NCBI GenBank assembly: GCA_963828525.1
Contig: CAWHEP010000008.1
Coordinates: 352,001 to 416,000 of the forward strand
Reading direction: 5' to 3'
Source of the DNA: an uncultured Verrucomicrobiae bacterium
Lineage (GTDB): Bacteria; Verrucomicrobiota; Verrucomicrobiia; Chthoniobacterales; Chthoniobacteraceae
DNA: 64,000 nucleotides
In this document: positions 44,740 to 55,054 of the stretch, piece after piece
How positions within the stretch are numbered: the first letter of the stretch is position 1
How the letters are laid out: every line of letters begins with the position of its first letter
The notes under the pieces: model-generated
The model's database searches: none
Told to the model about the DNA's origin: nothing
What the model saw: only the letters and a program-made list of their open reading frames with translations
Program-made: the position numbers and the translations under genes

Positions 44740-45759
44740 ATGGACGAAACCCTTGTCACAAAGCTTGTTGAGACTCCAGACACCGCGTTTGATATTTCAC
44801 TGCGGCCTCCGATGTTCGCGGAGTTTGCGGGGCAGTCAAAGCTTAAGGAGCAACTCGAGTTGGTGGTGGAAGCGGCCAGGCAGCGGGGAGACGTCCTCGA
44901 TCACATCCTTCTGAACGGGCCGCCGGGACTGGGTAAAACGACGCTTGCTTACATCATCGCGGCTGCCATGGGGGTAAACATCAAAAGCACCAGCGGCCCC
45001 ATGATCGAGAAAGCGGGCGATTTGGCGGGCCTCCTCACCTCCCTCGAGCGCGGGGACGTGCTCTTCATAGATGAGATTCACCGTCTGCAGCCGACGATAG
45101 AAGAGTATCTATATCCTGCCATGGAGGACTTTAAACTGGATATCATCATCGACCAGGGGCCCAGGGCGCGAAGCATCCAACTTAATCTTCCGAAGTTCAC
45201 CCTTATCGGGGCGACAACCCGCACCGGAATGATCAGTTCTCCTCTGAGGTCGCGGTTTGGCATGAATAGCCGGCTCGACTACTACTCCCCGGAAGACCTT
45301 CAAATCATCGTCAAGCGCAGCGCTGGTTTGATCGGCCTGAACATTGATGACGAGGGGTCATACGAGATCGCCTCAAGGGCGCGCGGCACCCCCCGGATTG
45401 CGAATACCCTGCTCAAATGGACGAGGGATTACGCGCAGGTGAAGGCCGGCAACAACGTGAGCAGGGAAGTAGCGAATCAAGCTTTGCTCATGAAGGAGAT
45501 AGATCAGGACGGCTGCGACGGGATGGATCGCCGCCTCCTGGAGACTCTCATCTACAGGTTTTCTGGTGGTCCCGTTGGACTCGGCTCACTGGCCGTCGCG
45601 GTTGGCGAAGACGCGGCCACCATCGAAGATGTGAACGAACCCTACCTTATCATGCAAGGCTACATGCAACGAACCGGCCAGGGCAGAGTGGCAATGCCCC
45701 TCGCTTATACGAAACTTGGCCTCAAGCCACCCACGAATCAGCCGGAACTATTTGGATGA
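44740..45759 (+). CDS. ruvB: Holliday junction branch migration helicase RuvB
   Basis: [41 protein letters not shown]. Confidence 0.96.
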   Translation: MDETLVTKLVETPDTAFDISLRPPMFAEFAGQSKLKEQLELVVEAARQRGDVLDHILLNGPPGLGKTTLAYIIAAAMGVNIKSTSGPMIEKAGDLAGLLTSLERGDVLFIDEIHRLQPTIEEYLYPAMEDFKLDIIIDQGPRARSIQLNLPKFTLIGATTRTGMISSPLRSRFGMNSRLDYYSPEDLQIIVKRSAGLIGLNIDDEGSYEIASRARGTPRIANTLLKWTRDYAQVKAGNNVSREVANQALLMKEIDQDGCDGMDRRLLETLIYRFSGGPVGLGSLAVAVGEDAATIEDVNEPYLIMQGYMQRTGQGRVAMPLAYTKLGLKPPTNQPELFG

Positions 45760-46456
45760 CCCGCATTTCGATCAGCCTGGACGATTTGCCGAGATCCTCG
45801 ATGGGCTTACATTCCGGAAACTCTCGTTCGGCGTTGTGACAGCGGTCTATCCACATCCTGAACTGCCAGCGGAAGTGCCAGTCATGGTCCTTCCGAACGG
45901 GCTCATTTTTCCTCATACCCTCGTTCCTCTCCATATCTTCGAGGAGCGCTACCGGGAGATGCTCGCGTACGCGCTTGAGCGTCACCGCATGTTCTGCATA
46001 GCGCTCCAGCGTCCGGGGGTTGAACAGGCCTCGGAATACGAGGACTTCTTTCACGTCACTGGCCTGGGATTGATACGGGCATGCGTCGGAAGGGATGACG
46101 GGACATCAAACCTCGTCCTCCAAGGAATTGCCCGGGTACGTCTTACCCAGTTCGTGCAGCAGGCTCCTTTTCTGGTCGCCGAGATCGCCCCGCTACCTTC
46201 CGAAGTGCCAAATGTGATTGAAGCGGAGGCGCTTGGCGCCAAGGTGCTCGAGCTGTGCGAGCAGATCCGGTTGAAGGGTGTGCAGATCCCTGCCTCGCTT
46301 GGAGAGCAGCCATCTCACCTTTCAGACCCGGAAGTTATCTGCGACAAAGTTGCAAGCCTTCTAGTCAATGACCCGTTTTACAAGCAGGCGATTCTAGAGC
46401 AGCCCATCGTCACGACACGGCTGCGCATGCTGCTACGCCATCTCGGCGAACTCTAG
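45716..46456 (+). CDS. Stand-alone LON peptidase substrate-binding domain protein (start uncertain)
   Basis: [37 protein letters not shown]. Confidence 0.85.
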   Translation: MASSHPRISRNYLDDPHFDQPGRFAEILDGLTFRKLSFGVVTAVYPHPELPAEVPVMVLPNGLIFPHTLVPLHIFEERYREMLAYALERHRMFCIALQRPGVEQASEYEDFFHVTGLGLIRACVGRDDGTSNLVLQGIARVRLTQFVQQAPFLVAEIAPLPSEVPNVIEAEALGAKVLELCEQIRLKGVQIPASLGEQPSHLSDPEVICDKVASLLVNDPFYKQAILEQPIVTTRLRMLLRHLGEL

Positions 46457-46462
46457 CCGAAG

Positions 46463-47314
46463 TCAGTTCGACCCGTGGACCACATCCACTGGCTTTTCCT
46501 TCTTCTGCAACGCCCGGCGGAGCTTCAGCAGAGCGATATTCTGCAACTGCCGAATGCGCTCGCGGGTGACGCCGAACTTCTTCCCGACTTCTTCCAAAGT
46601 CTTCGGCTTGCCGCCATCGAGTCCAAACCTTGAGAAAATAATCTTCTTCTCTCGTTCATCTAGGACATCGAGCAAGTCGCCCACCTCGCTGCGCAGGTTT
46701 TTGTCCCTGAGCATCTCGAAAGGCGTCTGAGCTTCTTCATCTCCGACAATTTCACCGAACTCCGTCGAGTCATCATCGCTGATCGGCGCGTCAAGAGAGG
46801 CAGGACGGATCGACACGGTCTTGAGCTGGGAAACCTTCCCACTGGAGATTCCGATCTCCTCGGCCAACTCCTCATCGGTTGGCTCGCGTCCCAGTTCCTC
46901 GCTCATCTGAAGCGAAACCCTGCGCATCTTGGAAATCTTGTCCACCAGATGCACCGGCAAGCGGATCGTCTTGCTTTGATTTGCCAAGGCGCGCTTGATC
47001 GACTGCTTGATCCACCAAGCGGCGTACGTGCTCAGTTTTCCACCTTTCGCGGGATCAAAGCGCTCGACGGCCTTCATCAAGCCGATGTTGCCCTCGGAGA
47101 TCAAGTCCAAGAGGGGAAGTCCCAGATTGGCGTAATCATGCGCAATCTTCACGACAAGACGGAGATTCGAGCGGATCATCAGCGCGCGCGCCTCTTTGTC
47201 CCCTTTTTTGATCTTCGCCGCGAGGCGAATCTCGTCGTCTGGCGTCAAGAGAGGGATCTGCCCAATCTCACGCAGGTAGATTTTTATTCCTGAGTCTGTG
47301 TCTTCCGCACCCAT
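46463..47314 (-). CDS. Short sigma-70 family (RpoD/SigA-like) sigma factor
   Basis: YLREIG, SNLRLVV, DLISEGNIGLMKAVERFD, STYAAWWIKQ, GVTRERIRQ; 283 aa, no region 1.1. Confidence 0.93.
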   Translation of the reverse strand: MGAEDTDSGIKIYLREIGQIPLLTPDDEIRLAAKIKKGDKEARALMIRSNLRLVVKIAHDYANLGLPLLDLISEGNIGLMKAVERFDPAKGGKLSTYAAWWIKQSIKRALANQSKTIRLPVHLVDKISKMRRVSLQMSEELGREPTDEELAEEIGISSGKVSQLKTVSIRPASLDAPISDDDSTEFGEIVGDEEAQTPFEMLRDKNLRSEVGDLLDVLDEREKKIIFSRFGLDGGKPKTLEEVGKKFGVTRERIRQLQNIALLKLRRALQKKEKPVDVVHGSN

Positions 47315-47642
47315 AAAATTAGTTCGTCGCCTTTGGATTCCGGCATTCGCGACGTGTCATCAATCTAGATACGAAAGCGAGATGCAAACTGGATTGTATG
47401 TATATTGTATTGTCCTCAAAAATAATTAACAACGTTAATCATTAACCGATTTTGACATCGAGCCGGGTAGTTTGTTCAAAAGTTTCACCTTGGAAAGACA
47501 ATTCGTAAAGAATCTCTGAAAGTGCGTCCAAATCGGGCCGCCGGATGCTTCTGGATGCGCACCCTGCCAAAAAAGTATTTTTGTCCGCACTTGGGGAAGC
47601 GTTGCGGCACCCGCCTCTCCGCAGTGTTTAGATCTGCTCGGG

Positions 47643-49968
47643 CTAAGCCGGGTGCGGAGTCCCAACCGCGTCCCTACGCGGCACGAAACCTTTTCGCCCA
47701 GACCACCATAGGACGATAGGCGCGGCAATAAAGATGGACGAGTAGGTTCCAACTACGATCCCGATGAGGATCGCAAACGCAAAGTCGTGGAGAACAGGGC
47801 CTCCAAACAGGAAGAGCGCCGCGACAGAGAGAAGAGTAACACCACTTGTGAGAATGGTTCTGCTCAGCGTCTCGTTGATCGAGGCGTTCATGATCGCCTG
47901 GATGGATCCCTTCCGGCCTGACCTCATGCCTTCGCGAATCCTGTCGTAGACGACGATGGTGTCGTTAATGGAATATCCCGCGATTGTGAGGATGGCGCCC
48001 ACCATTACGAGCGAAAGCTCCCTGCCACATATCGCAAAAACGCCGGTCGTGATGATGACATCGTGGAAAAGCGCAACAAGCGCGCCGAGCGCAAATGAGA
48101 ACTCGAATCGCACCGTCACGTAGAGGAGGATGCCCAACGCGCCCAAACCGAGCGCAATGAGAGAGTTTTGCGCCAATTCCTTGCCGACGAGCTTCCCTAC
48201 CTTATCGCGCTTGGTCACGATCAGCCTTGCGTCCGGCAGCGCCTTGGCGAGTTGAGCCTCCACCTTGTCACCGGTATCGATGGGGCTGCGGATGCTGATG
48301 TAGTCTTTGTTCACTGCCGCGTCGTGCTCGGCCTGGATCGGACTATCTCCCAGCCCTACCGGTTCAAGCGCCTTGCGCACATCAGCAGGCGATACGGTGT
48401 GGCCGGTTGCCTCGAGTGTGAGGAGATCGCCGCCTTTGAAATCAATGCCAAAGTTCCTTTCACCCCGCAGCGCGAACCCCGCGATACTCACAACGATTAC
48501 TGTGAGGGATATGCCGATCCAGAGGAACCGCTTTCCCATGAAGTCGAAATTTTTGCTGGAAATAAGGTGAAGCATCGACACGCGCTTGAGGATCCCTGCC
48601 TTAAGAGCCCAGCTAAAGCACGTTCGCGTCACCACCATCGCGGAGAACACGGACGCTATAATTCCCACCGTGAGCGTGACAGCAAAGCCCTTCACCGCGC
48701 CGCTTGCCTTCCAGAAAAGGATGGCTGCTGTGATGAGCGTGGTAGCGTTCGCGTCGAAAATCGCGCTGAAGGCCTTATTGTACGCGGCATCAATCGCCGT
48801 TGGCAGCGACTTGTCGAGCGCCAGTTCTTCCCGCAGACGCTCATAGATCAATACATTGGCATCCACCGCCATGCCGATCGTGAGGATGATGCCGGCTATG
48901 CCGGGGAGGGTCAGCACAAAATTGAAAAGACACATCGTTCCAAAGAGGAGGACGATATTCGTCACCAATCCAAAAACGGCTACGACACCGGCAAACCGGT
49001 AGTAGGCCATAACGAAAAGCAAAACGAGAACCAACCCGCCGATGCCAGCAACGATGCCGCTCCGTATGGAATCTGATCCCAGCGTTGCCGAAGTGCTCCG
49101 CGTTTCGTCAATCTTGACTGGTGTCTGAAGCGGATTCTCCAGCACACTCGCGAGATTCCGAGCTTCCTGCTCCGAGAATTGCCCGGTGATCGTCGGTCTA
49201 CCATCGTAAATCGCCTGTTTAATGTTGGGCGCGGACTGCACCGCGCCGTCGAGCACAATTGCCAGACGCTCCCCTTGATGCGCCTCGGTAAGTTTCCCAA
49301 ACTGATCAGTTCCTTTTCCGTTCAACTGGAAAGCGATTCCCCACCCTTGGGCGTCGTAAAAAGGCCGGGACTCCGACACGTCCTCGCCTCCCATCTCCGC
49401 CTTCTTTTTAACGAGGAGGCGAGTCTCCACAGGCTTCCCGTCCGTGGGTCTCCTTATACTTTTCGATCGCATACCCTGGCGGTATAAAACCCGCGCCCGC
49501 GTCGATCTGGGCCAACTTTTCTTCAGAAGAGGGATACACCAGCTTGAACTCCAGCTTCGCCACTTTCTGCAGTTGGTCCTGCGCTTCCCTCATCTTGGCC
49601 TCGTCCAGGCCAGGTATCTGAACCAATATCCTGTCGCTCCCCTGCGGGGTGATCACGGGCTCGCTGACGCCGAATTTATCTATCCGGTTGCGGATCACTT
49701 CGACCGCCTGATCCAGCGAACTCGTGGAAATTTCCTTATCCCCTTCCTTTACCAGCCGGACAAGGAACTCCGTGCCGCCCTGAAGGTCGAGACCCAGGCG
49801 AATCTTTTGCTGTGGGGGATAGATCGAATCGATGCAGAACGCTATAAGCAAGATCGTAAGAACCGTCCCGAGATTGCGCTTCCGGTTGGAAAAATCGGTG
49901 GCAAAATACCATCCGAGCAAGATCAGGAGGACGAGGCCCAGGATGAACGTCCCGATGGGAGGAAGCAT
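47643..49968 (-). CDS. secDF: Fused protein translocase SecDF (frameshift near 49445)
   Basis: LGLDLQGG, IGMAVDANVLIYER (SecD) continuous with GIDFKGG and GYSINDTIVVYDRIRE (SecF). Confidence 0.93.
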
Positions 49969-49973
49969 GGCTT

Positions 49974-50318
49974 TTAGGAGACGACCGCTTCGCCTTCAGA
50001 ACGTTTTGAGACCGTGCCGATGCTCGCCTTGTCCACTTCCATCTTCATATTGTCCGCAACCTTCAGGATAACGGTGGTCTCTTTAACGTTAGAGATCATG
50101 CCGTGAATGCCGCCACAAGCCACCACCTTGTCACCGGTCTTCAATGTGGAAACTAGAGCCTGGTGCTCCTTTTGCTTCTTCTGCTGCGGACGGATCATGA
50201 GGAAGTAAAAGATCGCTCCGATGCACAAGAAAGGCACCAGCATCGTAGGTCCTCCCCCCTGTGGCGAGGAACCCGCGGTGGATGCTTGCGCTAGGAAAAA
50301 CACTGGATCGTAAGTCAT
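49974..50318 (-). CDS. yajC: Preprotein translocase subunit YajC
   Basis: FYFLMIRPQQKKQKEH, LKTGDKVV..GGIHG. Confidence 0.93.
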   Translation of the reverse strand: MTYDPVFFLAQASTAGSSPQGGGPTMLVPFLCIGAIFYFLMIRPQQKKQKEHQALVSTLKTGDKVVACGGIHGMISNVKETTVILKVADNMKMEVDKASIGTVSKRSEGEAVVS

Positions 50319-50426
50319 TAGAATAGGGAGTCGAATGGGTCTCTGGAAAAATGGGAAGGTAACTTATGCTGGCAATCCGCTTTTAGTCCAAAGAATTTCT
50401 TCTCTACTGAATTACTACAGTTTTAC

Positions 50427-50705
50427 TTGACCTTCCCTCCGCTATGCGTGATCACTCCGAGCGTGGACGACAAAAAGCGCTTCCTTAAATCCTTCTTGCT
50501 GGAGCTGGTGGTCTACGGAGCATTTGTCTCCGCGTACTTCATTCTGGTTCTCCACTACCTGAGTGGATGGATCAAAGGCATCTTCGATCAGCCGAACAAA
50601 ACAACCTACGCGATTGTTTCGGTAGGATTGATGATATGCCAGGGATTGGTCCTGGAGATCGTAACGTCCGCCCTTCTGAAATTCATACGCGACCGTACGA
50701 GCTGA
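50427..50705 (+). CDS. Small two-TM hypothetical protein (start uncertain)
   Basis: Two hydrophobic helices; stop lies 7 nt before the TSUP start. Confidence 0.6.
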   Translation: MTFPPLCVITPSVDDKKRFLKSFLLELVVYGAFVSAYFILVLHYLSGWIKGIFDQPNKTTYAIVSVGLMICQGLVLEIVTSALLKFIRDRTS

Positions 50706-50712
50706 CAACGTT

Positions 50713-51624
50713 ATGGACTTTCTGATCTCAGGCACGCATATCAGTCCGTACTACCTTGTCACCATAGGGTTTTTCATCGGTGTCCTGGGAGGATTTTTCG
50801 GCGTGGGCGGGAGTTTTCTGGCAGGCCCCGCCCTCTTCGTGGCCGGAGTGCCGTGGAATTTCGTTGTCGGAACGGATCTGGCGCACATCGTCGGAAAATC
50901 CATCGTCGCTGCCAAAAAACACCGTGCTTTGGGCAATATCGACTTTAAGCTGGGCTGGATCATGGTCATTGGCACGATCAGCGGTGTTGAAGCGGGAGCG
51001 GACACCATACAATACCTGAAACGCAACGCGCACATCGACATCGTTGTAGGTGTCGCGTACGTAGTGATCCTGGGGAGCATTTCCGCCTTCATGGCATGGG
51101 AAGGATGGAGAACCCTCAAGATGCAGCGGGAAACATCCGGCGCGAACTCGGAAGCCGAGGACGCCACCGCGTTTGCCCACGTTGCCCGGTGGGTGCAGCG
51201 ATTCCACCTGCCGCCGATGGTCAGCCTGCCTATTTCAGGAATCGAGCGGATATCCGTCTGGGCCATTATCCTGATCTCCCTGATCGGCGGATTCTTCAGC
51301 GGCTTCCTCGGCGGCGGCGCGGGCTACATCCGCATGCCCTCCATGGTGTACGTCCTCGGGATCCCGACGCACATCGCTGTTGGCACGGATCTTTTTGAAA
51401 TCATCATCTCGGCGAGCTATGGCACGCTGACACACGCCATGAAGGGCAACGTAGACATAATGATAGCCCTCCTCATGCATACCGGCGCGGCAATCGGCGC
51501 GCAAATCGGCGCTATCTCGACCCAGTATTTCGGTGGCCCGAAAATCCGTCTGGCTTTTGTGCCCCTGCCCATCATAGGCGCTGTCATAGTCATCTATGGA
51601 CTCTTCCACGGCCATAAAGTCTGA
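50713..51624 (+). CDS. TSUP/TauE-SafE family sulfite exporter
   Basis: GFFGVGGSFL, VGTDL, GFLGGGAGYI, AVGTDLFE internal repeat. Confidence 0.9.
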   Translation: MDFLISGTHISPYYLVTIGFFIGVLGGFFGVGGSFLAGPALFVAGVPWNFVVGTDLAHIVGKSIVAAKKHRALGNIDFKLGWIMVIGTISGVEAGADTIQYLKRNAHIDIVVGVAYVVILGSISAFMAWEGWRTLKMQRETSGANSEAEDATAFAHVARWVQRFHLPPMVSLPISGIERISVWAIILISLIGGFFSGFLGGGAGYIRMPSMVYVLGIPTHIAVGTDLFEIIISASYGTLTHAMKGNVDIMIALLMHTGAAIGAQIGAISTQYFGGPKIRLAFVPLPIIGAVIVIYGLFHGHKV

Positions 51625-52495
51625 CACGCTCCGGTTTCTGCTCTGCAGCGATGGCCATGCCCAGGCGGAGCGGGCCATGCGGTTCATAGCCCCAATCGCC
51701 GGAGCCTGTCACGCGGAAGTAACCCTTCTGGGGATCGTGGAGGATCGTAAAGATGAAGGGCCGCTGCGGGAAGCCTTGCAGCGGGGAGTCGTTCTCTTTC
51801 GCGAGCGGCAGATCGAGGCGGAGGTCATTACGAAAGCAGGCGACCCAGTGGATGAAATCCGCAAACGGACGGAGCAGCTCCAGTACAACATCGTCATCGT
51901 GGGCGCGGAACGCAAAGGGGAAGGAGCGCCCTCATGGATGTCCGAGAAAGCCTACCGGTTGATCAAGCTTACGAGGCCGCCGGTTCTGGTATTCATCGGC
52001 GAACGGGTCACCCTTGAAAGGATCCTCGTTTGCAGCGGTGGAGGGCGCTATATACATAAAGCAGTGGAACTGATCAGCCGCCTCGCGCGCGCTCCAGGCA
52101 TGGAAGTCACCCTTCTCCATGTGATGGCCGAGCCGCCGGCCATGTACGCGAACCTTACCCGCCAGGAAGAGGACGTCGCGCGTCTCCTCTCCTCCAATTC
52201 CGTTCTCGGGCAAAATCTGGTCCGGGAGAAAAAGGCTTTGGAAGCGAAGGGGGTAAAAACGACTGTCCGGCTGAGACACGGGCTTGTTGCCACCGAAATC
52301 TCCCGCGAAGTTCGCGAAGGGGGCTACGACATGGTTGTGGCCGGTTCCGCGCCCGGCGATGGACCCATCCGCAACTATGTGATGGGTGACGTGACCTCGG
52401 AAATCGTGAACCATGCGGCTTGTCCCGTGCTCGTCGTACGCGGTGATCCCAAGGTCAAAACGCGAAACTTTTTCGCGAGACTATTTGGGTCATAG
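51596..52495 (+). CDS. Tandem-domain universal stress protein
   Basis: LLCSDG, GDPVDEI, VTLLHV, YDMVVAGS..MGDVTSEIVNHAACPVLVV. Confidence 0.88.
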   Translation: MDSSTAIKSDTLRFLLCSDGHAQAERAMRFIAPIAGACHAEVTLLGIVEDRKDEGPLREALQRGVVLFRERQIEAEVITKAGDPVDEIRKRTEQLQYNIVIVGAERKGEGAPSWMSEKAYRLIKLTRPPVLVFIGERVTLERILVCSGGGRYIHKAVELISRLARAPGMEVTLLHVMAEPPAMYANLTRQEEDVARLLSSNSVLGQNLVREKKALEAKGVKTTVRLRHGLVATEISREVREGGYDMVVAGSAPGDGPIRNYVMGDVTSEIVNHAACPVLVVRGDPKVKTRNFFARLFGS

Positions 52496-52512
52496 TCCGC
52501 CGCAGATTCCCT

Positions 52513-53475
52513 TTGAAAGCAGCCGCCCTCGTCCCCAGCCCGCTCAACCCCAGCTGGCTCATCCCAAAAGGCTGGGAAAACATTCTGGGCATCAATATCG
52601 GCTACCGCCTTGGCAATTCAGTCCTGCATCTATGGCGCGTCCAGTTCAACCGCCATGTGCGGCTTTCCGACCCAGCCGAGGTGCAGTCCCATGCGCACCA
52701 CCAGCTCCTTTTCTATCAACGCGGCGGCGGCCAGATGGTGACGAACGGCCATGTCCATGCCGTTGAGAAGGGCAGTATATTCTTTGTCCCCGCGACCTGC
52801 CGCCACAGCTTTCGCAGCGATTCCGCCGAAGCCGCGGTTTGCCTGGCCATTGATTTCAGCGTGGACGAGGCCGCCTATGCGTCCATCGGACTCGGCGGCC
52901 TGCCTTCCGAGTCGGAAGTCGCGATTCTCCTTAGCCTCTTGCACACGGAAACGGTGAAACCCTTCCAGATCGGCGCGTACCAGCAGGGCCTTCTCGGACA
53001 GTGCATCGACGACATCCTCCGGGAGAACGAGGGTCGGGAAGCGGGGTTCGCCTCGATGATCCAGTCGCACCTGCTTCGCCTCATTGCCCTCTGCTTGCGG
53101 GTGACAAGGAGAGCGCAAGGCTTTGGCGAACACTTTCGCCACACCGCGTGGCGTTACTCGCTTCTGACGGAGCGCGTCAACGCCATCCTTCGAGAACACG
53201 CCTTCCGCGACCCGGAGATCACACTGGGTGAGTGCGCCAAGATCTGCGGCACCAGCAGAAACCATCTAAACCGCATCCTCAAGAAGCAGACGGGCAGGAC
53301 ATTCCACCAGCTCCTGCTGAGCCGCCGACTCGAGAAAGCGCAGCGCCTGCTGAAACAAGGCGAACTGAACTGCACCGAAGTCGCTTTCGAAAGCGGCTTC
53401 AAGGACAGCAACTATTTTTCCCGTGTCTTTCGAAAGAGCTTCGGCTACCCCCCATCGAAGGGCATGAAGGCCTGA
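52513..53475 (+). CDS. AraC family regulator with cupin sensor
   Basis: HAHHQLLFY cupin; EVAFESGFKDSNYFSRVFRKSFG HTH. Confidence 0.9.
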   Translation: MKAAALVPSPLNPSWLIPKGWENILGINIGYRLGNSVLHLWRVQFNRHVRLSDPAEVQSHAHHQLLFYQRGGGQMVTNGHVHAVEKGSIFFVPATCRHSFRSDSAEAAVCLAIDFSVDEAAYASIGLGGLPSESEVAILLSLLHTETVKPFQIGAYQQGLLGQCIDDILRENEGREAGFASMIQSHLLRLIALCLRVTRRAQGFGEHFRHTAWRYSLLTERVNAILREHAFRDPEITLGECAKICGTSRNHLNRILKKQTGRTFHQLLLSRRLEKAQRLLKQGELNCTEVAFESGFKDSNYFSRVFRKSFGYPPSKGMKA

Positions 53476-53490
53476 ACGCGTGATATTTCG

Positions 53491-54087
53491 ATGCTGAACC
53501 CCGGCTTTCTTTTCGCGCATGGCGCGGGGGCGGGGTCTGGGCATCACTGGATGCAAGCGTGGAAACGCCGGCTGGAGACAATCGGCCCAGTGTTTCTCTT
53601 CGACTACCCCTACATCACGTCGCGTCGGGGCCGACCGGATCCGATGCCCTCCCTCGTAAATGCCCACCGCGCGGCCTTGCGGCATGCGCAATCTTCTCAC
53701 ACCGGTCCGGTCGTCCTCGCGGGGAAGAGCCTCGGCTCGCGCGTGGGCTGTCATCTAGCGCTGGAAGAACCGGTTCCGGCGCTCATCTGCTTTGGCTACC
53801 CGCTCCTGGGGGGAGGCGATCCGTCCAAAGCGCGAGACCGCGCGCTTCTCAGTCTGGAGCGGCCCGTGTTATTCCTGCAAGGCACCCGAGACAAGCTCTG
53901 CCCGCTCCCGCTCCTGGAGTCTATCCTTCCACGCATGAAAACCACTACACAACTCCACATCGTGGAAACCGGCGATCATTCCCTGGTTGCCACAAAAACA
54001 CGTCTGAAGATGAGAGGCGAGAGCCAGGAAGACGTGGATGCTCGCGTCATAGACGCAATCACTGCCTTCATCGGAGGACTTCCGTGA
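53491..54087 (+). CDS. Alpha/beta hydrolase (KANL3/Tex30-like)
   Basis: AHGAGAG, GKSLGSR nucleophile elbow, QGTRD, GDHSL. Confidence 0.85.
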   Translation: MLNPGFLFAHGAGAGSGHHWMQAWKRRLETIGPVFLFDYPYITSRRGRPDPMPSLVNAHRAALRHAQSSHTGPVVLAGKSLGSRVGCHLALEEPVPALICFGYPLLGGGDPSKARDRALLSLERPVLFLQGTRDKLCPLPLLESILPRMKTTTQLHIVETGDHSLVATKTRLKMRGESQEDVDARVIDAITAFIGGLP

Positions 54088-54950
54088 AACCACGTGTCAG
54101 GGTTGCCCTCGCCATTCTCTGCTGCATGGCAGGCACCGCTCCGGGACAGGATGCAGGGATGTTCAAAGGCAGCGCCGATCTCGCCAAGTGGAAACTTGTC
54201 TGGAGCGACGAGTTCAACTACCAGGGCGCTCCAGATCCTGCTAAGTGGGGCATGGAAGAGGGGTTCATCAGAAACAACGAACCACAATTCTACACCCGCG
54301 GCCGCTTGGAAAACGCGCGGGTTGAGAATGGCAGCCTCATCATAGAAGCGCGTAAGGAGCCATTCAGAAACCCGGGGTTTGGCCCCGTTTCATCGGCGAA
54401 GGCAGCTCCGCGTTCCCATCAGGAATTTGCGAAATTCACCTCCGCCAGCCTCACCACGCAAGACAAGGCATCATGGCTTTATGGACGCTTCGAAATTCGC
54501 GCAAAAATGCCTGTGGCGCGCGGCACGTGGCCAGCCTTTTGGACGTTGGGCGAGAACATCTCGCGAGTCTCATGGCCCGCGTGTGGCGAGATCGACATCA
54601 TGGAATTCTGGGGCAGGATGCCGCGCTCAGTCACCTCAACCGCGCATTACAGACAGGCGGGAAAGCACCAGAGCGATGGCGGCAAACTGGAAAGCGCGGA
54701 ACCCCTCAACACATTTCACGTTTACGCCCTGGAGTGGTTCCCCGACCACATGGATTTCTTCTACGACGGCGTCCGGTATCACACCGTCGCCCTCTCGAAA
54801 ATGGACGACAACGGCCAGAACGCGTTCCGAAAGCCCCACTTCATCATTCTAAACCTCGCTCTCGAGAACAAAGGCTTGGACGAGGCCTCCCTCCCTCAGT
54901 GCCTCGTCGTTGATTACGTCCGCATCTATCAGACTCGAAGCACGCAGTGA
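54084..54950 (+). CDS. Glycoside hydrolase family 16 (laminarinase-like), secreted
   Basis: Signal peptide, WKLVWSDEF, GTWPAFW, catalytic EIDIME, FHVYALEW. Confidence 0.92.
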   Translation: MKPRVRVALAILCCMAGTAPGQDAGMFKGSADLAKWKLVWSDEFNYQGAPDPAKWGMEEGFIRNNEPQFYTRGRLENARVENGSLIIEARKEPFRNPGFGPVSSAKAAPRSHQEFAKFTSASLTTQDKASWLYGRFEIRAKMPVARGTWPAFWTLGENISRVSWPACGEIDIMEFWGRMPRSVTSTAHYRQAGKHQSDGGKLESAEPLNTFHVYALEWFPDHMDFFYDGVRYHTVALSKMDDNGQNAFRKPHFIILNLALENKGLDEASLPQCLVVDYVRIYQTRSTQ

Positions 54951-55054
54951 AACAACATTTCCCGGGTTAGTTAGAGTCACCCCGGAATCCAGCCTTGAGG
55001 TCGCGGCCGGATTCTGAGAGCCTTTGGTGAATTACTTTTTTTCCAAGAAACTCA

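Noticed and set aside
47643..49968. Separate secD N-terminal gene plus secDF
   Set aside because: The two ORFs overlap and are consecutive parts of one SecDF, split by a single indel.
54975..55032. Hairpin (GGAATCC...GGATTC) upstream of the FHA gene as a riboswitch
   Set aside because: No recognisable aptamer consensus; may be a simple terminator or chance pairing.
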